Part shown: piece after piece, positions 35,245-47,000 of the stretch
How the letters are laid out: every line of letters begins with the position of its first letter
Numbering within the stretch: position 1 is the first letter of the stretch
Origin: Chthoniobacteraceae bacterium
Lineage (GTDB): Bacteria > Verrucomicrobiota > Verrucomicrobiia > Chthoniobacterales > Chthoniobacteraceae
Length of the DNA: 64,000 nt
Assembly: GCA_040081625.1 (NCBI GenBank)
Contig: JBEBGD010000002.1
Coordinates: forward strand, 64,001 to 128,000
Direction of reading: 5' to 3'
The notes under the pieces: generated by a model
Databases searched by the model: none
Told to the model about the DNA's origin: nothing
Seen by the model: the letters and a program-made list of their open reading frames with translations, nothing else
Made by a program: the position numbers and the translations under genes

Positions 35245-36647
35245 TTCGAGTCATCGTCCTCACGATTGCCCTGCTGTTCCCCGCCTCGCTCCGGGCGGCG
35301 GAGGCGGCGATCGACCTCGGGTCGCGGCGCGAACTGTTCGTCGATCGCCTGCTGATCGGCGAACTCAAGGGCGCCGCGCTCAAGCTCCACACGCCGCAGC
35401 TCGCGCCGCCGGTTTCGCCGCCGCGGCCGCAGGGGCATTACGCGACCGTGCTGCGCGCGGCGGACAAGTTTCAGTTCTACTACCGCGGCGACCAAAAGCC
35501 GGGGAACCACTGGAAGGCGGGCTGGGAGCAGTATCACGCCGGCGAGGTGACGCTGTATGCGGAGAGCACGGATGCGATCGCGTGGACCGTGCCGAAGCTC
35601 GGCATCTACAAGCATCCGACCTTCCCCGAGGACAACATCGTGCTCATGGACGAGTTCCTCGTGAGTCACAACTTCACGCCGTTCATCGACACGAAGCCCG
35701 GCGTGCCCGCGGACCAGAAATACAAGGCGCTCGGCGGGCTCGCCTATCAGCCGCACAAAGAACACCTCGCCGTGCGCGACAAGCGCGGCCCCGGCGGATT
35801 GAAGGCGTTCGTCTCGCCCGACGGCATCCATTGGAAAAAGCTGCGCGACGAGCCGGTCATCCCGGAGGCTTGGGGCAAATACTTCGACTCGCAGAACTAC
35901 GCATTCTGGAGCGAGAGCGAGCAGAGCTACGTCTGCTACTTCCGCCGTTTCATCAACGGCGTGCGCGGCATCGCCCGCACCACGTCGCAGGATTTCATCA
36001 CCTGGACGCCCTTCGTCGAGATGGCGGCGAACCTGCCGAAGGAGCATCTCTACACCGCCTGCACGCAGCCCTATTTCCGCGCGCCGCACATCTACGTCGC
36101 GCTGCCCACGCGCTTCATGGACAAACGCGGCGCGGCCACGGACATCCTGTTGATGAGCACGCGCGGCGGCGGCAGCTACGACCGCACATTCACGCAGAGC
36201 TTCATCCGTCCCGGTATCGGCAGGGAAGGCTGGGCGAACCGCGCGAACTACGCCGCGATCGGCATCCATCAAACGAGCGACACGGAGCTGTCGATGTTCC
36301 TCACCGGCGGCCGGCGCTACACGCTGCGGCTCGATGGATTTGCGTCGGTGAACGCTCCACTGGAAGGCGGCGAACTTGTGACGAAGCCGTTCACCTTCAC
36401 CGGCAAAAAACTGGAGATCAATTGCTCCACGAGCGCCGCCGGACAGATCCGCGCCGAGCTTCAAGACGCTGATGGCAAGCCGCTCCCAGGCTTCGCGCTC
36501 GAAGAGAGCGAGCCGATCTGGGGCGACTACATCGCGCACGAGGTGAAGTGGAAAGGCGGCGCCGATCTCGGCGCGCTCGCCGGCAGGCCAGTCACGCTGC
36601 GCTTTGAAATGAGTGATGCGGATCTGTTCTCGATCCGCTTTCACTGA
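35241..36647 (+). CDS. Exported beta-propeller protein, putative glycoside hydrolase
   Basis: Signal peptide from ATG 35241; RELFVD, SPDGIHW, FDSQN, LRLDGFASV; C-terminal beta-sandwich. Confidence 0.7.
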   Translation: MIRVIVLTIALLFPASLRAAEAAIDLGSRRELFVDRLLIGELKGAALKLHTPQLAPPVSPPRPQGHYATVLRAADKFQFYYRGDQKPGNHWKAGWEQYHAGEVTLYAESTDAIAWTVPKLGIYKHPTFPEDNIVLMDEFLVSHNFTPFIDTKPGVPADQKYKALGGLAYQPHKEHLAVRDKRGPGGLKAFVSPDGIHWKKLRDEPVIPEAWGKYFDSQNYAFWSESEQSYVCYFRRFINGVRGIARTTSQDFITWTPFVEMAANLPKEHLYTACTQPYFRAPHIYVALPTRFMDKRGAATDILLMSTRGGGSYDRTFTQSFIRPGIGREGWANRANYAAIGIHQTSDTELSMFLTGGRRYTLRLDGFASVNAPLEGGELVTKPFTFTGKKLEINCSTSAAGQIRAELQDADGKPLPGFALEESEPIWGDYIAHEVKWKGGADLGALAGRPVTLRFEMSDADLFSIRFH

Positions 36648-36661
36648 ACCGTCCTCGCGAT

Positions 36662-38317
36662 ATGAAAAAAACACTCGTCGTTCTCGCCTCGCTTTTTCTC
36701 CTGACCCCGTCGGTGCATCGCGCCGCCGAGCGCAGACCAAACGTGATCTTCATCCTCACCGACGACCAGGGGTGGAACGATGCGCGCTTCGCGGGGCATC
36801 CGTATGTGAAGACGCCGAACCTCGATAAGTTCGCGTCGCAGGGCACTTGGCTGCGGCAGTTCTATGTCGCGGCGACGGTGTGCTCGCCGAGCCGGGCGGC
36901 GTTCATGACTTCACACGCGCCGACGCGGCATCTCGTCCACGGGCACTTCGCCACTCACGAGCAGAACGCGGCGCGTTCGATGCCGGACTGGCTCGATCCG
37001 AAGGCCACGACGTTGCCGCGGCTGCTGCGCGGCGCGGGCTATGCGACGGCGCATTTCGGGAAGTGGCATCTCGGCAGCGGGCCGGGCGCGCCACCGCCGG
37101 GCGACTATGGCTTCGATGTGACGAAGACGGTGAACGCGAACGGGCCGCAGCTCGGCGATGAGGCGAAGGAGCCTTTCTTCCGCGCGAAATCGACGGAGCT
37201 GATCGTGGATGAGACGATCGCCTTCATCAGAGCGAACAAGGATCGCCCGTTCTACGCGAACGTGTGGACGCTCGTGCCGCACGCGCTGCTCAAGCCGACG
37301 CCGGAGCAGCTCGCGGTGTATGAATCGATCGCGCCCTCGGCGAACGATCCGGCGTTCGGGCCGTGGATGAAGGGGTATCTCGCGAACGCGAAGGACTTGA
37401 AGAGCCAGATGCAGGTCTTCTGCGCGACGCTCACCGATCTCGACACGCAGCTCGGCCGGCTCTTCGCCGCGCTCGATGAGCTGAAGCTCGCGGACGACAC
37501 GATCATTTTCTTTTCGAGCGACAACGGCGCGGAGGACTATCGCATCGGCAACGCGTCGAACGCGGGCGTGGGCAACACCGGGCCGCTGCGCGCGCGCAAG
37601 CGCAGCATGTATGAAGGCGGCATTCGCACGTTCGGTCTGCTGCGCTGGCCGGGGCATGTGCCGGCGGGGAAACGGGACGAGACGAGCGTGACCGGCGGCG
37701 TGGATTTCCTGCCGACGATCTGCAAGCTCGCGGGCGTGACCGTGCCCGCGACCGTGCAGCCGGATGGCGAGGACGTGAGCGACATCTGGCTCGGTAAATC
37801 GCGCCCGCGCACGAAGCCGCTGCATTGGGAATGGCTCTACCGCGTGCAGGGCGACGACTACACGCCGCCGATGCTCGCGACCCGCGATGGCGGGTGGAAG
37901 CTTTTCGTGAATCACGACGGCACGCATGCGCAGCTCTACGATATCCCGAAGGACATCGGCGAGGAACATGACGTCGCGGCGGCGCATCCCGACATCGTGC
38001 GATCGCTCACGGCGAAGACGCTCGCGTGGGTGAAGACGCTGCCGCCGAGCAAGGCGCGCGATGAAGTGGCGGCGTCCGGGAAACCACAGGACAGGCCGCG
38101 CGCCGCGGTGAAGCCGGCGAACGCGAAGGCCGCCACGCTGGACCGGCCGGCGATCTTCAAGAAGTGGGACACGAGCCACGACGGCACGCTCACGCTTGAG
38201 GAATACAAGGCGGGGCTCGGCAGGAAGGACGACGCGGAGCAGCGCTTCAAAAACTTCGACACGAATCGCGACGGCGTCCTGAGCGAGGCTGAATTCGTCA
38301 ACTCCGGGAAGCGTTGA
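36662..38317 (+). CDS. Sulfatase with C-terminal EF-hand pair
   Basis: CSPSR, GKWHLG; DTSHDGTLTLEEY and DTNRDGVLSEAEF. Confidence 0.93.
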   Translation: MKKTLVVLASLFLLTPSVHRAAERRPNVIFILTDDQGWNDARFAGHPYVKTPNLDKFASQGTWLRQFYVAATVCSPSRAAFMTSHAPTRHLVHGHFATHEQNAARSMPDWLDPKATTLPRLLRGAGYATAHFGKWHLGSGPGAPPPGDYGFDVTKTVNANGPQLGDEAKEPFFRAKSTELIVDETIAFIRANKDRPFYANVWTLVPHALLKPTPEQLAVYESIAPSANDPAFGPWMKGYLANAKDLKSQMQVFCATLTDLDTQLGRLFAALDELKLADDTIIFFSSDNGAEDYRIGNASNAGVGNTGPLRARKRSMYEGGIRTFGLLRWPGHVPAGKRDETSVTGGVDFLPTICKLAGVTVPATVQPDGEDVSDIWLGKSRPRTKPLHWEWLYRVQGDDYTPPMLATRDGGWKLFVNHDGTHAQLYDIPKDIGEEHDVAAAHPDIVRSLTAKTLAWVKTLPPSKARDEVAASGKPQDRPRAAVKPANAKAATLDRPAIFKKWDTSHDGTLTLEEYKAGLGRKDDAEQRFKNFDTNRDGVLSEAEFVNSGKR

Positions 38318-38399
38318 GCCGGAAACCAACGCTCGCAGCCGCCACCCGCGAAATATAATTCCCCTCGACGATCGGACCCGCAAAACTCTCACCCTCTCT

Positions 38400-39773
38400 A
38401 TGAATACAAACCACACCCCCGTCTCCCCGGTCACCCGGCGGAGTTTCCTCCAAACTGGCGCCGTGCTCACGACCGGCATCGCTTCGCTCTCGATGCGCGC
38501 GCGGGCGCAGACGAACAAGAACAGCAAGCTGCGCATCTTCCACATCGGCGTCGGCGGCGTCGCGGCGATGCAACGCAAGGCGCTGAAGGATCATCCCATG
38601 GTCGAGTTCGCCGGCTTCTGCGACGTGGACAAGCGCGAGCTGGACAAGATCTCGAAGGAATTCCCGAACGCGTGGACGCTCCAGGATTACCGCGAGGCCT
38701 TCGCGAATCGCGCCGACCAGTTCGACGCCGTGATCGTCGATACGCCGGACTTTCACCACGCGCCGATGATGCTCACGGCGCTCAAGCACAACAAACATCT
38801 CTTCGGCCAGAAGCCGCTCGTGCAGCAGCTCGACGAGTTGCGGATGATCCGCGACGGGCTCGCCGCGCGACCGAAGCTCGTGACGCAGATGGGCAACCAG
38901 CGTGCGTGCAAGGAAGGCCGCATGCAGGCGGTGGAAATCCTGCGCAAGAACCAGCTCGGCAAACCGGTCGAGGCGCATGTGTGGACGGGCGCCGTCGCGC
39001 GCGGGACTTACTTCGTGGAGCCGTGGAGCGAATACACGCCGGCCACGCCGCTACCCGAGGGCTTCAACTGGGACCTCTGGCGCGGGCCGCTCATGGACGA
39101 CCTGCCTTTCAGCGAAGACCTCGCGCCGAAACGCTGGCGCGCGTTTTGGGAGACCGGCGGCGGACAACTCGCCGACTGGGGCTGCCACCTGCTCGACCTG
39201 CTCTACTTCGCCTACGACCTGCCCGCGCCCGAGGCCGTGCTCACGCACACTCCGAAGCCGGCGGGAACCGCCCACTCGTCGCACAACCTGAGCACGCTCA
39301 CGTATCCCGGCGGGAAGAAATTCGCGCGCAGCAAATTCGTCGTTCACTACAACGACACCGGCCTGATGCCGTCCTTCGCCTCGCTCGGCCTGCCCGACAC
39401 GAAGCTCGGCCACAATCACACCATGGTCGTCTGCGAAGGCGGCACGCTGCTGCTCCAGGCCGACGGGAAGTTCACCATCTTCCGCAAGGGCAAGGTCGTG
39501 GAGAATGAGCCGCTGCCGAAGACCGAGCCGCACGATCACTGGAAGGACTGGGCCGACAACTGCCTCGGCGAAAAGAAACACCTGTGGACGCCGCTCACCA
39601 TCGGCTGGCGCATCACCGAGCCCGCGCTGCTCGCGGTGAAGGCCACGCGCTTCCCCGGCGAAGACCTGCGCTGGGACCGGGAGAACTTCCGCTTCAGCAA
39701 TCACGAGAAAGCGAACGCGGAGATCGTCGGTCGTAAATACCGCCCCGGCTTCGAGCCGCCGAAAGTCGCCTGA
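38400..39773 (+). CDS. Tat-exported Gfo/Idh/MocA oxidoreductase
   Basis: TRRSFL Tat motif; TPDFHHA, QKPL, DWGCHLLD. Confidence 0.9.
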   Translation: MNTNHTPVSPVTRRSFLQTGAVLTTGIASLSMRARAQTNKNSKLRIFHIGVGGVAAMQRKALKDHPMVEFAGFCDVDKRELDKISKEFPNAWTLQDYREAFANRADQFDAVIVDTPDFHHAPMMLTALKHNKHLFGQKPLVQQLDELRMIRDGLAARPKLVTQMGNQRACKEGRMQAVEILRKNQLGKPVEAHVWTGAVARGTYFVEPWSEYTPATPLPEGFNWDLWRGPLMDDLPFSEDLAPKRWRAFWETGGGQLADWGCHLLDLLYFAYDLPAPEAVLTHTPKPAGTAHSSHNLSTLTYPGGKKFARSKFVVHYNDTGLMPSFASLGLPDTKLGHNHTMVVCEGGTLLLQADGKFTIFRKGKVVENEPLPKTEPHDHWKDWADNCLGEKKHLWTPLTIGWRITEPALLAVKATRFPGEDLRWDRENFRFSNHEKANAEIVGRKYRPGFEPPKVA

Positions 39774-39782
39774 CCCGGAGCC

Positions 39783-41213
39783 ATGCGCTTCGCCGCCATC
39801 CTGCTCGCCCTCGGCTTCGTCGCGCACGCGGCGAAGCCGCCGAACATCGTCTTCATCCTCGCCGACGACCTCGGCTGGACGGACATCGCGGTGCAAGGCT
39901 CGAAGTATTACGAGACGCCGAACATCGACCGGCTCGCCGCGCAGGGCACGCGGTTCACCCGCTATCACAACTGCCAGAACTGCCAGCCCACGCGCGCCGC
40001 GCTGCTCAGCGGGCAATACGGCGCGCGCACGGGCGTCTATACCGTCGGCGACATCGGGCGCTTCGAGTGGCAGACGCGTCCGCTGCGGCCCGCGGAGAAT
40101 GTGACCAAGCTGCCGCTCGATCGCATCACCATCGCGCAGCAACTCAAGACGGCGGGCTATGTGACCGGGATGTTTGGCAAGTGGCACCTCGGCGAGAGCG
40201 CTGACTATCATCCGGGCAAGCGCGGCTTCGACGAGGCGATCTCGTCGGCGGGCAAACACTTCGACTTCGCCACGAGCCCGAAGACGCCCTACGCGGAGGG
40301 CACCTATCTCGCCGACTTCCTCACCGACAAGGCGGAGGCGTTCATCCGGAAGCATAAGGATCAGCCGTTCTTCCTGTATCTGCCGCACTTCGGCGTCCAC
40401 TCGCCGTATCAGGCGAAGAAGGAGCTGATCGCGCGCTTCAAGCCGAAGGCCGCGGCGGGCGGGCATCACGATCCCGTCTATGCCGCGATGATCGCGAGCG
40501 TGGATGAAAGCGTGGGCCACGTGATGGCTGTGCTCGACGAACTCAAGCTCGCCGACAACACCGTGCTCATCTTTTCCTCCGACAACGGCGGCGTCGGCGG
40601 GTATGCGCGCGAAGGCATCAAGAAAGCCAACGACACGACTGACAACGCGCCACTGCGCAGCGGCAAAGGCAGCCTCTACGAAGGCGGCACGCGCGTGCCC
40701 TTCATCGTGCGCTGGCCCGGCATCACTCCGCCCGGCACGACCAATGACGTGCCGACGATCCACGTCGATGTCTATCCCACCTTCCTCGAACTCGCCGGCG
40801 CGAAGCGACCCGCCGACTACACGCTCGATGGCATGAGCCTCGTGCCGCTCTTCCGCGCACCGGGTGCGGGGCTCAAGCGCGACGCGATCTACCAGCACAT
40901 GCCCGGCTACCTCGGCGCGGGCGAAGACACCTGGCGCACAGCGCCGGTCGGCCTGATCGAGGCCGGCGACTGGAAGCTAATGGAGTTCTTCGAGGACCGC
41001 CGGCTCGAGCTCTACAACCTGCGCGAGGACATCGGCGAGAAGACCAACCTCGCGGAGAAGATGCCCGACAAGGTGAAGGAACTTCACGCGAAGATGGTGG
41101 CGTGGCGCGAGGCGATCAAAGCCCCGATGCCGACGCCGAACACTGAGGTCAAATCCGCCGCGCCTGAAGCGAAGCCTGGTAAGGGCAAGCGGAAGAAAAA
41201 AGCCGTCGAGTAA
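39783..41213 (+). CDS. Sulfatase
   Basis: PNIVFILADDLG, CQPTR, GKWHLG. Confidence 0.95.
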   Translation: MRFAAILLALGFVAHAAKPPNIVFILADDLGWTDIAVQGSKYYETPNIDRLAAQGTRFTRYHNCQNCQPTRAALLSGQYGARTGVYTVGDIGRFEWQTRPLRPAENVTKLPLDRITIAQQLKTAGYVTGMFGKWHLGESADYHPGKRGFDEAISSAGKHFDFATSPKTPYAEGTYLADFLTDKAEAFIRKHKDQPFFLYLPHFGVHSPYQAKKELIARFKPKAAAGGHHDPVYAAMIASVDESVGHVMAVLDELKLADNTVLIFSSDNGGVGGYAREGIKKANDTTDNAPLRSGKGSLYEGGTRVPFIVRWPGITPPGTTNDVPTIHVDVYPTFLELAGAKRPADYTLDGMSLVPLFRAPGAGLKRDAIYQHMPGYLGAGEDTWRTAPVGLIEAGDWKLMEFFEDRRLELYNLREDIGEKTNLAEKMPDKVKELHAKMVAWREAIKAPMPTPNTEVKSAAPEAKPGKGKRKKKAVE

Positions 41214-41259
41214 GGCCAGACGGCGCTCGCTCCGTTATTCCCTCAAGCGACACCAACTC

Positions 41260-42576
41260 ATGAACCCCCACGACACCACACGCCGCGACTTTCTCCACAC
41301 GGCATCGAAATCCACCGCTGCCGGGCTCGCGCTGGCTTCGCTGCCGGTCGCGCGGTTTGCGCACGCGGCGGGGTCGGATGAGCTCAAGGTCGCGCTCGTC
41401 GGTTGCGGCGGGCGCGGGACGGGTGCGGCGAATCAGTCGATGAACGTGACCAAGGGCGTGAAGCTCGTGGCGATGGCGGACATCGCGCGCGACCGGCTGG
41501 ACAAGAGCCTGCAGATCCTCAAGACGCAGCATCCCGACCAGGTCGATGTCTCGATGGGGAACCAGTTCATCGGCTTCGATGCCTACAAGGACGCCATGGC
41601 GCTCGCGGACCTTGTGTTCGTCACGTCGCCGCAGGGCTTTCATCCGGTTCACGTCGAGGAAGCGGTGCGGCAGGGGAAGCATGTCTTCGTCGAGAAGCCG
41701 CTCGCGGTGGATGCGCCGGGCGTGCGCCGCGTGCTCGCGGCGGCGGAGGCGGCGAAGAAGAAGAATCTCAAGATCGGCGTCGGGCTGCAACGGCATCACC
41801 AACCCGCCTACATCGAGACGGTGAAGCGGCTGCATGACGGCGCGGTGGGAGAGATCACTTCGATGACGTGCTACTGGCTCGGGAACGCGCGCGCCGGGCT
41901 GGAGCGGCTGCCGGGCGAAGGCGAGCTGCAATATCAGCTTCGGAATTGGTATTACTTCACGTGGATCTCAGGCGACTTCATCGTCGATCAGCACATCCAC
42001 AACATCGACATCATCAACTGGATCAAGGGCGGCCATCCGGTGCGCGCGCAGGGCATGGGCGGGCGGCAGGTGCGCAATGATCCGAAGCTGCACGGGCAGA
42101 TTTTCGATCATCACTTCGTCGAGTATGAATGGGCGGACGGCTCGAAGCTATCGAGCCAGTGCCGGCAGGGGCAGCCGGGCACGCATCAGGTGGTGAGCGA
42201 ACACGTCGTGGGCACGAAGGGCCGCGCCGATCTGAATGTCGGGTCGCGGCTGTTTCGCATCACCGGCCCGAACGCATGGGAAACGCGGCTCAAGAAGGGC
42301 GAGGACGGGCATCAGCTCGAGCACTTCCCGCTCATCGAAGCGATCCGCAACGACACGCCTTACAACGAACTCGAGATGGCCGCGACGAGCACGATGACCG
42401 CGATCATGGGCCGCATGGCGACATACTCCGGCAAGCTCATCGAGTGGGATGAGGCGATCAATTCCAAGCTCCAGCTCATGCCGGAGAAGGTCACGTGGGA
42501 CATGCCGCCGCCGGTCGTGCCGGACGCGAACGGCCACTATCCCATCGCGACGCCCGGCGTGACCGTCGCTCTCTAA
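41260..42576 (+). CDS. Tat-exported Gfo/Idh/MocA oxidoreductase
   Basis: TRRDFL; VGCGGRG; VEKPL; DQHIHNID. Confidence 0.9.
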   Translation: MNPHDTTRRDFLHTASKSTAAGLALASLPVARFAHAAGSDELKVALVGCGGRGTGAANQSMNVTKGVKLVAMADIARDRLDKSLQILKTQHPDQVDVSMGNQFIGFDAYKDAMALADLVFVTSPQGFHPVHVEEAVRQGKHVFVEKPLAVDAPGVRRVLAAAEAAKKKNLKIGVGLQRHHQPAYIETVKRLHDGAVGEITSMTCYWLGNARAGLERLPGEGELQYQLRNWYYFTWISGDFIVDQHIHNIDIINWIKGGHPVRAQGMGGRQVRNDPKLHGQIFDHHFVEYEWADGSKLSSQCRQGQPGTHQVVSEHVVGTKGRADLNVGSRLFRITGPNAWETRLKKGEDGHQLEHFPLIEAIRNDTPYNELEMAATSTMTAIMGRMATYSGKLIEWDEAINSKLQLMPEKVTWDMPPPVVPDANGHYPIATPGVTVAL

Positions 42577-42584
42577 TTCCACCT

Positions 42585-44045
42585 ATGAAACTCCACGCCC
42601 TGCTCGCCCTGTTCCTCGTCGTCTCAGCCCACGCGGCGGAGAAGATGAACGTGCTCTTTTTCGCCGCCGATGACCTGCGCGCGGAGTTCCCCGCTTACGG
42701 CGCGAGCTACATCCACGCGCCGAATCTCGACCGGCTCGCGAAGCGCGGCGTCACATTCGAGCGCGCGTATTGCCAGCAGGCCGTCTGCTCGCCGTCGCGC
42801 TCGAGCCTGCTCACCGGCACGCGGCCCGACACGACGAAGGTGTGGGACTTGAACACGCACTTCCGCAAAGCGATCCCGGACGTGGTGACGCTGCCGGAGC
42901 ATTTCAAAAAGAACGGCTATTTCGTGCAGGGCATGGGCAAGCTCTTCCACGGCGGCTTCGACGATCCGCAGTCGTGGTCTGTGCCGTGGCAGGCGCCGAA
43001 GACGAGTCACGGCGCGTATGGGCTGCCCGAGAACATGGCGATCGTGAAGGCGAAGGTCGAGGCGTCGAAGACCGCGCCGCCGAAGAAAGGCAAGGTGCGC
43101 AACTACGGGCCCGCGTTCGAGAGTTCCGACGTGCCCGACAACACCTTCCACGACGGCGCGCTCGCAGACATGGCGGTCGCGGCGCTCGGCGAGTGCGCGA
43201 AGAAGGATCAGCCGTTCTGGCTCGGCGTCGGTTTCATCCGGCCGCATCTCCCCTTCGTCGCGCCGAAGAAATACTGGGACCTCTACGACCCGGCGAAAAT
43301 CCAGCTCGCACCGAATCCGTTCAAGCCGAAGGGCGCGCCGGACTACGCCGTCGGCCCGGGCGGCGAGCTGCGCGCGTATCACGGAATTCCCGCCGGACCG
43401 ATCCCCGACGACCTCGCGCGGCAGCTCAAGCACGGCTACTACGCCGCGATCAGCTACATGGACGCGCAGGTCGGCCGCGTGCTCGACGAACTCGATCGGC
43501 TCGGCCTCGCGGAGAAAACGATCGTCGTCCTTTGGGGCGATCACGGCTGGAAGCTGGGCGAGCATGGCGGCTGGTGCAAACACAGCAACGTCGAGAACGA
43601 CACGCACGCGCCGCTGCTCATCTCGGTGCCGGGTCTCAAGACCGCAGGCCGGCGCACGAAGTCGCTCGCCGAGTTCGTGGACATCTATCCCACGCTCGCG
43701 GATCTGTGCGGACTCGCGCTGCCGAAACATCTCGAAGGCACGAGCCTCGCGCCGGTGCTCCGCGACCCCGCGAAGTCCGTGAAGACCGCCGCGTTCAGCC
43801 AATACCCGCGCGACGTGGATGGGAAGAAGCTCATGGGCTACTCGATGCGCACCGATCGCTATCGCTTCACGCGGTGGGTCCACAAAGCCGATCACGCGAA
43901 GCTCGATGCCGTCGAACTCTACGACCAGCAAGCCGACCCGCAGGAAAACGTGAACATCGCCACCGATCCGAAGAACGCCGAACTCGTCGCCACGCTGACC
44001 GCGCAATGGCTCAAGGGCTGGCAGGGCGCGAAGTCGGCGAAGTAG
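42585..44045 (+). CDS. Sulfatase (iduronate-2-sulfatase-like subfamily)
   Basis: ADDLR, CQQAVCSPSR, GKLFH, RPHLPF, GDHGWKLGEH; ATG 42585. Confidence 0.93.
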   Translation: MKLHALLALFLVVSAHAAEKMNVLFFAADDLRAEFPAYGASYIHAPNLDRLAKRGVTFERAYCQQAVCSPSRSSLLTGTRPDTTKVWDLNTHFRKAIPDVVTLPEHFKKNGYFVQGMGKLFHGGFDDPQSWSVPWQAPKTSHGAYGLPENMAIVKAKVEASKTAPPKKGKVRNYGPAFESSDVPDNTFHDGALADMAVAALGECAKKDQPFWLGVGFIRPHLPFVAPKKYWDLYDPAKIQLAPNPFKPKGAPDYAVGPGGELRAYHGIPAGPIPDDLARQLKHGYYAAISYMDAQVGRVLDELDRLGLAEKTIVVLWGDHGWKLGEHGGWCKHSNVENDTHAPLLISVPGLKTAGRRTKSLAEFVDIYPTLADLCGLALPKHLEGTSLAPVLRDPAKSVKTAAFSQYPRDVDGKKLMGYSMRTDRYRFTRWVHKADHAKLDAVELYDQQADPQENVNIATDPKNAELVATLTAQWLKGWQGAKSAK

Positions 44046-44051
44046 CTCCTC

Positions 44052-47000
44052 ATGAAGAGCCTCATCTGTTTCCTCGCGGCTCTTTGCGTTTGGTGCGGCC
44101 AGCTTTCCGGCGCCGATCGCGGGCCGAACATCGTCTTCATCATGGCCGACGACCTCGGATGGGCGGACACGACGCTTTCCGGCCACACGAGGTTTTACAA
44201 AACGCCGAACCTCGAGCGACTCGCGAAGCGCGGCATGACGTTCACGCGCGCTTACGCTGCGAGTCCGCTCTGCTCGCCGACGCGGTCGAGCGTGCTTACG
44301 GGGTTGAGTCCGGCGCGCACCGGCATCACGACGCCGAACTGCCACCTGCCGCAGGTCGTCCTGCAGGCGACACTCGGGAAGAAGGCGGGACCAGCCGAGA
44401 AAGCGATCGCGCCGACGTCGGTGTCGCGGCTGAACACGACTTACCAAACGCTGCCGAAGGCGTTGAAGGCGGCGGGCTACGCGACGGGGCATTTCGGGAA
44501 GTGGCATCTCGGGCCCGAGCCATACTCGCCATTGCAGCACGGCTTCGACGTGGATGTGCCGCACTGGCCGGGGCCGGGGCCGGCGGGGAGTTTCGTCGCG
44601 CCGTGGAAGTTCAAGGATTTCGATCCCGATCCCGCGGTGCCCGATCAACACATCGAAGATCGCATGGCGAAGGAAGCCGTCGCATTCATGGAGAAGCACG
44701 CGGGCGAGCCGTTCTACCTGAACTACTGGATGTTCAGCGTCCACGCGCCGTTCGACGCGAAGAAGTCACTGATCGAAAAGTATCGCGGGCGCGTGGACCC
44801 GAACGATCCACAGCGCAGCCCGACCTATGCGGCGATGATCGAGAGCATGGACGACGCGGTGGGCACGCTGCTCGACACGCTCGACCGGCTGAAGATCGCC
44901 GACCGCACGTTGATCGTCTTTTTCTCCGACAACGGCGGCAACATGTATAACGAAGTCGATGGCACCACGCCGACCAGCAACGCACCGCTGCGCGGCGGCA
45001 AGGCGACGGTCTTCGAGGGCGGCATCCGCGTGCCGTGCGTGGTCGCGTATCCCGGCCTGGTCGCCGCGGGATCGCGGAGCGATGCGGTGATCCAGAGCAG
45101 CGATTTCTACCCGACCATCCTCGAACTGTCCGGGCTGAAAGCCGCACCGGCGCAGCGTTTCGACGGCATCAGCATCGTGCCCGCGTTGAAAGGCCAGCCG
45201 CTCACGCGCGAGGCGATCTTCACCTACTTCCCGCACAATCCGGCGGTGCCGGACTGGCTGCCGCCGTCGGCCGCCATGCATCGCGACGACTGGAAACTGA
45301 TCCGCATCTTCCACGGCGGAGAGAACGGCGCGCATCGCTGGAAGCTCTTCAACCTGCGCGAGGACCTCGGCGAAAGGAACGACCTCGCCGCGAGGGAGCC
45401 GGAGCGAGTGAAGGCGATGGATGCGCTGATCGGGAAGTTCCTCGCCGACACAAAGGCCGTCGTTCCGGTGCGGAATCCCGGCTTCGATCTCGCGAAGTAT
45501 GATCCGCAAAACGAAGGCCGCTCGAAGCCGAAGGCCGCGAAGAAACCGGCCGCCGCGGCGAAGCCCAACATCATCCTCATCTACTCCGACGATCACGGCT
45601 TCGCCGATCTCGGCGTGCAGGGCGCGGTGAAGGACATCCGCACGCCGAACCTCGACGCGATGGCGCGCGACGGTGTGCGCTTCACCAGCGGCTATGTGAG
45701 CGCGCCGCAGTGCGTGCCGTCGCGCGCGGGCTTGCTCACCGGGCGGTATCAGCAGCGTTTCGGCGTGGAGGACAATTCGATGGGGCCGCTCCCGTTGGCG
45801 GAGCAGACCATCGCCGAGCGATTGAAGCCCGCCGGCTACGTCTCCTGCCAGGTCGGAAAATGGCATCTCGAAGCACCGCCCGAGCGCAAGGTGGGGAAGG
45901 GAAAGTCCGCCGAGGCAGGGAAAGGCGGGCCGTCGTTTCAGCCGTGGGCGCAAGGGTTCGCGGAGTATTTCACCGGACCGATGAACACCTTCGCCGCGTC
46001 GCACGACTTGCAGGGCCGTGCGTTGCCGAACGCGCCGCAGCAGCTCACGGACAAACGTTTCCGCTGCGTTTGGCAGACGGACGCCGCGCTCTCATTCATC
46101 GACCGCCACCAGCGCGATCCGTTCTTCCTCTACCTCGCCTACTTCACACCGCACACTCCGCTGGAGTCGCCGGAGCCGTGGTTTTCCCAGACGCCAGCGG
46201 ATGCGCCCAAGGAGCGCCGCCAGGCGCTCGCGATGATCGCCGCGATGGACGACGGCATCGGCCGCATCCGCGAGAAACTCCGCGCGGCGGGCATCGAGAA
46301 GAACACGCTGATTTTTTTCGTCGGCGACAACGGCGCGCCGCTGAAACAAGGCGCATGGAATGGATCGCTGAATCTCCCGCTCGTCGGCGAAAAGGGCATG
46401 CTGACCGATGGCGGCGTGCGCGTGCCGTTCGTCGCCGCGTGGCCGGGCACGCTGCCCGCGGGAAAAGTGTATGATGCGCCGGTGATCAATCTCGATGTCG
46501 CCGCCACCGCCGTCGCGCTCGCGGGGCAGCCGAACGACGCGAAGCTCGACGGCGTGAATCTCGTGCCCTTCCTACGCGGTGAGAAGGCCGGGAACCCGCA
46601 TGACGCCTTGTTCTGGCGCTGGCGCTCGCAGGCCGCGGTGCGCGCAGATCGTTGGAAGTTGATCCTGCTCGGACGCGACGAGCGCTTTCTCTTCGATCTC
46701 GACAGCCCCGAAGGCGAAACGCGGAACCGCATCGCGGAGTTTCCGGACATCGCCGCCGGCTTGGAGAAGAAGCTGATGACGTGGAATGCGACGCTGCCGC
46801 CGCCCGGCCTGCCGCGCGACATCGTCGATCAGGACCAGGTGTTTTACGACGCGCACGTCAACAAGACGGGCGTCTCCGCCGTGAAACGTCCGCGCAAGGA
46901 CGGCGAGAAGACGCCCACGAGCACCTGGCTCGCGCGCAATGCCACCACCGAAGTGAAAGACGGCGCGCTGCGTATCACGCCCGCCACGCGCGGGAAGCAG

